The notes under the pieces are model-generated. The model had not been told where the DNA came from. It worked only from the letters and a program-made list of their open reading frames with translations, and did no database searches. The position numbers and the translations under genes are program-made. From Erysipelotrichia bacterium (GTDB lineage: Bacteria; Muiribacteriota; Ozemobacteria; Ozemobacterales; Ozemobacteraceae): DNA of 49,403 nt. How positions within the stretch are numbered: the first letter of the stretch is position 1; the number at the start of each line of letters is the position of its first letter. Positions 44,089-49,403 of this stretch are shown piece after piece. Where the stretch lies: assembly GCA_009928855.1 (NCBI GenBank), contig SABV01000001.1:1-49403 (forward strand). The letters are read 5' to 3'.

Positions 44089-44117
44089 ATTATAGCAATA
44101 AATAATCTCGCTGGCAG
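44089..44117 (-). promoter_or_regulatory. Candidate sigma70 promoter of module II (CTGCCA-17-TATAAT), near-leaderless
   Basis: A perfect TATAAT ends 8 nt before ATG 44080. There is no SD in between. Confidence 0.45.
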
Positions 44118-44135
44118 CAGTTATTTTACCAGCGA
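44108..44135 (-). terminator. Weak candidate terminator after the deacetylase gene
   Basis: TCGCTGG-(14 nt)-CCAGCGA, a 7-bp stem. The U-tract is only modest. Confidence 0.3.
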
Positions 44136-44160
44136 TAATCAAAAAAGTTTAAACATTTAT

Positions 44161-45162
44161 TCAATTACGCAACATTGCATAAAGGTGTGCAAGCTGGCTA
44201 TTACTACGCAGCAGCAGCCCCAGAGCAAATCTGGCCAGCCCATTTTTTTTAACTGGGAATCGCCGCAGGTAAAAGGGGTTTATACCGGGAATGTTCGCTC
44301 CCATATCTGTCCTGAAGGCTCCCAGGTAACCTGATTCTGATGCCAAGCGCTCAAGCTCAGGCGTTGCCCTTCCCCATGGCCAACACATCAAAGGCAGGTT
44401 ATCGGGAAACATTTTTTGCACGATACCCAGAGAAATTTGCAGATCTTCTTTGACACGACGCTCATAATGGGCAAAAGTTTCTTTATGCAGCACCACCCCG
44501 GCGTGAGAAATAGCGGGGCACGAATAATCGATATCCCCGGGCAGAAGATTTGCTTTATAGCCGCAGTTAACCAGAGCCGCCCCTCTTTTATAAACAGGCC
44601 ACGCATTCTCTGAAAGCGGGTTATCCCATGCAGATAATATTCCCCAGTGATTATCGGTATCTGGAAAAACTCCGGTCTGTTCTGACGAAATAAAAATTTG
44701 ATCATGGCGGTGTGAGTGGGGGTAGATTTCCCATGCAGATGTATTCTTCATAAAATACAGCTCAGATGCAGACAAAAAGTGTGAAAAATCGCCACGACGA
44801 GCCAGCGTGTGTGCGTTATTAAAATCAGTGTGAACACTGGCGGGCTTTTGTAATTCAGGTCTTATAAGGGAAGTTGCAACAAAAAGAGCCGCCTTGAATC
44901 CATATTTCTGCAAAATCGGATGTGCGAAGACAAGATTGTCAATAAAACCATCATCAAAAGTTATACAAACTGCCGGAAACCTTATTACAACTTCTTTACG
45001 AACCCATTTATAAAGAGTTTCGGCACCAATGACGTTATAACCACGCCTGGCCAGAAAATTCATCTGCTGGTCGAATTCTTCAACAGACACACTCAAATGT
45101 GCAGGGTCAGGGGTTCCGACCCGATGATAATATAAAACCGGAACAGAATTTTTCAGCTGCAT
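44161..45162 (-). CDS. Polysaccharide deacetylase (NodB-homology) family protein, 333 aa
   Basis: YHRV...ITFDDGFIDN motif. 10-nt overlap with the GT4 gene. Confidence 0.85.
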   Translation of the reverse strand: MQLKNSVPVLYYHRVGTPDPAHLSVSVEEFDQQMNFLARRGYNVIGAETLYKWVRKEVVIRFPAVCITFDDGFIDNLVFAHPILQKYGFKAALFVATSLIRPELQKPASVHTDFNNAHTLARRGDFSHFLSASELYFMKNTSAWEIYPHSHRHDQIFISSEQTGVFPDTDNHWGILSAWDNPLSENAWPVYKRGAALVNCGYKANLLPGDIDYSCPAISHAGVVLHKETFAHYERRVKEDLQISLGIVQKMFPDNLPLMCWPWGRATPELERLASESGYLGAFRTDMGANIPGINPFYLRRFPVKKNGLARFALGLLLRSNSQLAHLYAMLRN

Positions 45163-46235
45163 ATTTCGTCGTACACCGCCATTGTTCTTTTTATCATTGA
45201 GTCGACAGAAAAAGACTTTACTGCCAGACTTCTCAACACAGCATCATTTTTACCCGCATTGGCGTGAGAACGTTGTTCAAGAATGCGCCTGGTCAACGAA
45301 TCCTTTTGACCACATGCAAATAAAGACAATGGCACAAGCCTGCCAATTTCCAGATTCGATGGAATGTCTGAAGCTATCACCGGAACTCCCATAAGCAACG
45401 ACTCTCTTACACTGCCCGAAAAGCCTTCCTGATATGACGCATTTATGGTAAAAGAACTTCGCTGCATCATTGCCGGCACATCTTTTCTAAAACCAAGCAG
45501 ATGCACCCTTTCTGTAAGCTTATACCTCTTAACCATGTCGTAAAGTTCAGCAGAATCAGTATTGTGACCAGCGAGAACGAGTTGCAAAGCAGGCCATTGA
45601 TCACGCACTCCGGCAAAAGCCTCGATTAACAGGCAATGCCCCTTGTTTCTACTGTAATTACCAACCATGAGAGCGACAGGCATATCTGGTTCGACAGGCC
45701 AATTACCGTCGAGACATGTTTGCACAGAGGGGTCAAATTTATTGCTATCCGACGCAGGGTAAACAACCCTGATCTTGCCGGGGCCAACACCGATTTCTCG
45801 CAGTCTGCCAGCAACAGCATCGCTGACGGCAATAAATCTTTTAATAGCAGATGATCGATATTTAACATAACTCAAAGGATTAAAATCAGGCTTAAAAAGA
45901 ACTCGACGAGAAACAACAAGCCCAGAAAACCTTTTCATGAGCGAAACAAACACCCATTGGGTATGTGCCCACGAACGATGAACATTCACTATATCAGGCT
46001 TAAAATCTTCAAAAGCTCGCAACAGGCGATAAATAGCCAGCGGGTTCATTTCGCAACGATAGTCCAGTGAACTCACGCGCAAACCGGCTGTTTTCGCCCG
46101 CTTTTCGAGTTCACCATTTTTCTGGCACATTACAAGAACATCGTGCCCGAGACGCGCCTGGCCCTCTGCCAAAAAGAGTGTCTGCTGCTGTCCACCGCTC
46201 CAGGAAGTTCCTTCAAGGGAATGCAAAATTTTCAT
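45153..46235 (-). CDS. Glycosyltransferase family 4 (GT-B fold), 360 aa
   Basis: RBS AGGAG before ATG 46235. N-terminus MKILHSLEGTSWSGGQQ. E-x7-E motif (EGFSGSVRE). Confidence 0.85.
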   Translation of the reverse strand: MKILHSLEGTSWSGGQQQTLFLAEGQARLGHDVLVMCQKNGELEKRAKTAGLRVSSLDYRCEMNPLAIYRLLRAFEDFKPDIVNVHRSWAHTQWVFVSLMKRFSGLVVSRRVLFKPDFNPLSYVKYRSSAIKRFIAVSDAVAGRLREIGVGPGKIRVVYPASDSNKFDPSVQTCLDGNWPVEPDMPVALMVGNYSRNKGHCLLIEAFAGVRDQWPALQLVLAGHNTDSAELYDMVKRYKLTERVHLLGFRKDVPAMMQRSSFTINASYQEGFSGSVRESLLMGVPVIASDIPSNLEIGRLVPLSLFACGQKDSLTRRILEQRSHANAGKNDAVLRSLAVKSFSVDSMIKRTMAVYDEICS

Positions 46236-46346
46236 AAATCTCCTGTTAAAAGAGCATTTTAAATCTATTAACAATCTCAATGCTCATTGACGCAAGCAAC
46301 AGCGAGGTGTTAACATTTGTCGTTTCACACTACCCTGGAGCAAATT

Positions 46347-47021
46347 ATGAATTTTAACAGAAATTTTGATTTGAATAAACTTTTTCTGATTATAACGCTG
46401 TCTATTTTTCTTACAGGCTGCGGAGGAGGAAACGGTGGCAGTAATGACGCGAGTAATCTTACGGCCACGCTTTGCCCCGGCAGGCTTTCTTATGAGAATG
46501 CCGGCTCAGAAAACATTCTTTTTGCCTCTGTAAACAGTTCTGGTGTTTCTGGATGGATAGAAAATCAGAATGAAATAAAAATGCCCAACTCTGATCTCAA
46601 GCCCAACAATGCCGCCAACACAAGTGAAATCACGCTGAAGTCTGTTCCCGATGGTATTTATAACCTTGTTTATTACGCCGGCTCAGAGCAGCTCAAGCTA
46701 CAGAAAACCATAAGCTGGACAACCCTGCCAGATTTTCCGACAGCGCCCTCAACACCGGCATGGGACTCATCAAGTCAGAGGTTGACAGTTAATTTTTCGG
46801 GCATAGCGGCTGGCAATGTTTCTTATTATCTGCGCCTTTATTATGGAGTTTCCCCTGACAGCATGTATTACCAGACAGATAAAATCTCTGGTGGCGGCAC
46901 TCTTTCGATGCATGTTGGGCAAAGTGGCGACTATACACCAATACTGGTAGCCGACATTATCGAAAACAGCCAGACAGCCGGCACCGTGCGCTATATTTTT
47001 TCGACCATGTCGCTTTACTGA
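46347..47021 (+). CDS. Lipoprotein of unknown function, 224 aa
   Basis: GGAG RBS. Lipobox LTGC followed by GGGNGGSN. Confidence 0.75.
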   Translation: MNFNRNFDLNKLFLIITLSIFLTGCGGGNGGSNDASNLTATLCPGRLSYENAGSENILFASVNSSGVSGWIENQNEIKMPNSDLKPNNAANTSEITLKSVPDGIYNLVYYAGSEQLKLQKTISWTTLPDFPTAPSTPAWDSSSQRLTVNFSGIAAGNVSYYLRLYYGVSPDSMYYQTDKISGGGTLSMHVGQSGDYTPILVADIIENSQTAGTVRYIFSTMSLY

Positions 47022-47036
47022 TTAAAAGTAACTGCT

Positions 47037-47630
47037 TTACTGCAGTGATGGCTCTTTATCTGGCGCGACCCAATACCAGGCAAACCGCAGCTCATCAGTT
47101 CTCGGGTAAATTTTTGATAACCTGCCCGGCGCCGCAGCTATTTCAGTATTCTCAGGAACAGTAACCCGTGTTTTGTCGTGGATATGATAAACGCTGGCAC
47201 TGCCCCTGACAATACACAATCTTGTCAGAACCGGGTTCACCTTTATTACTGCAAGTGCATTGTCCAGTTCCACAAAAAGATGCGGAGTTCTGAGCAAAAC
47301 AGGGTGCGAGGCCAGCTTTATACCGAAAGTTCCTTTACGCAATTCAAAAGTGTCAGATGAGACAAAAGCAAATATAGACTCTTCTTTCAGCCTGAATTCG
47401 GTAGAATCTTCGAGATAAAAAAAACACTGCCCATCAGTAAAGGTAAGCAAGCTGTCGCCATAATCGGCGACAATCTGTCCGCGTGAAATTTGATAGATAT
47501 TTGTCTTTGCCGTTTTATAATATACGCGCCCCTTCACAAGCGAAGCCGTTAAGCTCAGACCAGATACTTCGCTTGAGCAGAACAGAAGCGCCCATAAACT
47601 CAAAAAAGATACCGAAAAAATTCGCGTCAT
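47037..47630 (-). CDS. Secreted FecR-domain-like protein, 197 aa
   Basis: Signal peptide present. It fits the FecR-type beta pattern (GRVYY...GQIVADYGDSLLTFTDGQCFFYLEDSTEFRL...VRGSASV). 4-nt overlap with the upstream NHL gene. Confidence 0.6.
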   Translation of the reverse strand: MTRIFSVSFLSLWALLFCSSEVSGLSLTASLVKGRVYYKTAKTNIYQISRGQIVADYGDSLLTFTDGQCFFYLEDSTEFRLKEESIFAFVSSDTFELRKGTFGIKLASHPVLLRTPHLFVELDNALAVIKVNPVLTRLCIVRGSASVYHIHDKTRVTVPENTEIAAAPGRLSKIYPRTDELRFAWYWVAPDKEPSLQ

Positions 47631-49403
47631 TGAGCCGTCTGACCATTCGGCACAAAGATATGCAACATCTTGTTCTGAGCATCAGTAACCGCCACTTTGC
47701 CGTCTTTTCTTACCGATACCGAGGTCGGTAACCATGGTTTTGGAGCAGGCGGTGCTTTTAAGGTCGTCAGCAAACTGCCATTTTTAGCAAAACGTAACAC
47801 CTGAAACTTTTCGGCATCGCAAACCCAGATTCCGCCCCAGTTATCGACGTCAAATCCAAGGCCTTCAGCACAACCTGTCTGAAACGTTGCATCAAATTGC
47901 CCCATCGGGCTGAATTTTTTAACAAGACCATTTTTTTCGAGAATATATAGAGAGTCAGCATCTGCACGAACGGCGACCGGAGCCAGGATTGGCGCAGTCG
48001 GCGTCGAACCGAAACTGCCAAGAAAGCCACCGCCGGTATTAAAACACAATATACGTGCAATACCACGGTCTGCCACCCATATTTCATCTTTTCTGAAACA
48101 CAGACCACCCGGTAGATCTATCATGGAACCATTTACAGGATCAGATTTTATCGTGTTTTTATAGACGCCGTCTTCACCAAACAGGTGAATACAGTGCTGC
48201 GAAATATCCGAAATAAATATGGTATCGGCATTATTGGCAATAGCGACAGGCAGCCCCAGCGAACCAGCATCGTCGCCCTTGTTACCAAAAGCCAGTCTCA
48301 AAACACCGTCAGAATAAAAATTGCATACACGGCGCTTCTGGCTGTCGAGTATCCAAAGCCCGCCATAGTTATCCCAGGCTACGTCTTGTGGCCATGAAAT
48401 CAAGCTGTCAGAAGCAATTTCAAGAACAGAGAAACTACGTTCAAGCACAAAGGATGAACTTGCAGGCAAAGATTCAAGCAATTCTATTTTTTCAGGCGCT
48501 CTAACTTCAGTGTCAGCAATGGCAGTTTCTTCACTGAAATCATCAGACTCGTCATTCTGCCCGGTTGTATCATCGGGTGCCGCAACTGAATTTTTCCAGA
48601 CAGCTTTTCTGGCCTGAACTTTGCCCGGTGAGCCATCGACAGCTGCCTTGATTTCGATTGTGCAATCTGCACCCGCAAGCATATCGAGAGGAACACTGAG
48701 CTCAAATTCACATGGTTGAGCACGATAACTGATTCGATCTATTGCTCCGAACGGTAATAGATTGTTATCGATATCCAGCTGCAATATCTGTTCGTCACCT
48801 TTGCCAAGGTTTATCTGAGTGCCGTTTAGAGCAAGAACCTGGCCTTGCGGGCCAGGCAGCAGATCAATAATCTGATGCCAGAAAATTTTAACCTTGAGTT
48901 CATCGGCCGCAACGGCAAATTCTGTTTTAAGATCAGGAAAAGCCGGCACAAGAGCCAATTTTTTCATGGCCAGCATCTCATCAGTCATCTCAATATTATA
49001 AACTGCGGCGGGAATTATCTTTTCGGGCAAAAAGACCAGAATATCCGGTTCAGGGCTAAAAAAGCTTCCGGGCACAACGGTTTCGGAACCAACGGCATTT
49101 TTTAAAAATACCCTGATCATCTGCCGTTGTTTATCTTGTGGCAGCAGATTGATGTCTTCAGCCGAAAACCTGAAACCATTGAACGGGTTAACAAACACGC
49201 CATTCTGTGGCGCCACCAGGGTTGGAATTGAGCCGTCGGTAGTTATGGCGACAGCAACACTTGAAGCGACTTCAGTTGCATTAGAAAGCGAAACCACAGG
49301 AGCGACCACAGCTGGCACGATTACAGGAGTTTCTGAGGCCACCACGACAGCTTTGGGAACATCAGGGCTGACTGGTTCTTTGCTGGCAGGCTGCTCAGGC
49401 TGC
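47627..49403 (-). CDS. NHL-repeat beta-propeller protein, N-terminally truncated by the window edge
   Basis: C-terminal NHL-like blades (LGLPVAIANNADTIFISD, GGLCFRKDEIWVAD, EGLGFDVDNWGGIWVCD). The reading frame stays open from 49345 to the window end (…QPEQPASKEPVSPDVPKAV…). Confidence 0.75.
   Translation of the reverse strand, partial: QPEQPASKEPVSPDVPKAVVVASETPVIVPAVVAPVVSLSNATEVASSVAVAITTDGSIPTLVAPQNGVFVNPFNGFRFSAEDINLLPQDKQRQMIRVFLKNAVGSETVVPGSFFSPEPDILVFLPEKIIPAAVYNIEMTDEMLAMKKLALVPAFPDLKTEFAVAADELKVKIFWHQIIDLLPGPQGQVLALNGTQINLGKGDEQILQLDIDNNLLPFGAIDRISYRAQPCEFELSVPLDMLAGADCTIEIKAAVDGSPGKVQARKAVWKNSVAAPDDTTGQNDESDDFSEETAIADTEVRAPEKIELLESLPASSSFVLERSFSVLEIASDSLISWPQDVAWDNYGGLWILDSQKRRVCNFYSDGVLRLAFGNKGDDAGSLGLPVAIANNADTIFISDISQHCIHLFGEDGVYKNTIKSDPVNGSMIDLPGGLCFRKDEIWVADRGIARILCFNTGGGFLGSFGSTPTAPILAPVAVRADADSLYILEKNGLVKKFSPMGQFDATFQTGCAEGLGFDVDNWGGIWVCDAEKFQVLRFAKNGSLLTTLKAPPAPKPWLPTSVSVRKDGKVAVTDAQNKMLHIFVPNGQTAQ

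Overview
Chromosomal segment of a diderm-type bacterium. The lineage cannot be assigned from sequence alone. It has AGGAGG-type RBSs, many signal peptides and lipoboxes, and an ECF sigma/anti-sigma/HtrA envelope-stress operon. I count about 40 protein genes, all but five on the minus strand. I recognised no rRNA, tRNA, CRISPR array, transposase or integrase. Ordinary genes include an RRM RNA-binding protein, OrtA/OrtB 2-amino-4-oxopentanoate thiolase, an FAH-family hydrolase, an aconitase-family hydratase, an M14 carboxypeptidase, HtrA, PtsN, and a GT4 glycosyltransferase with a polysaccharide deacetylase. These are interleaved with dense signalling: a membrane GAF/class III cyclase, an HD-GYP protein, an RsbW-like/GAF/degenerate-GGDEF protein, and two ECF sigma/anti-sigma pairs. 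The most unusual content is two gene-for-gene paralogous orphan pseudopilin modules (8148-13940 and 37842-44080). Each has a TPR-type first gene, a giant (980 or 762 aa) protein with a GspK/PilX-like N-terminal anchor, and two prepilin-type proteins. The window contains no ATPase, platform, secretin, prepilin peptidase or major pilin. Module II also carries an embedded ECF sigma/anti-sigma pair and a translationally coupled LysM protein. One module I pseudopilin has a roughly 300-aa charged helical tail. Other second-look items are a DUF2339-like/DUF3999-like membrane pair with an internally triplicated periplasmic partner, and a plus-strand island (AbiEi-like/TPR/winged-helix regulator, unknown secreted protein, and an S8 subtilase homologue lacking catalytic Asp and Ser). 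There is also a partner-switching-type kinase fused to a GGDEF domain with a degenerate A-site but an intact RxxD I-site, orphan ortAB in apparent operon with a cyclase, and a terminator/promoter nest abutting the HD-GYP start codon. All family assignments come from motif recognition by eye, not from database searches.
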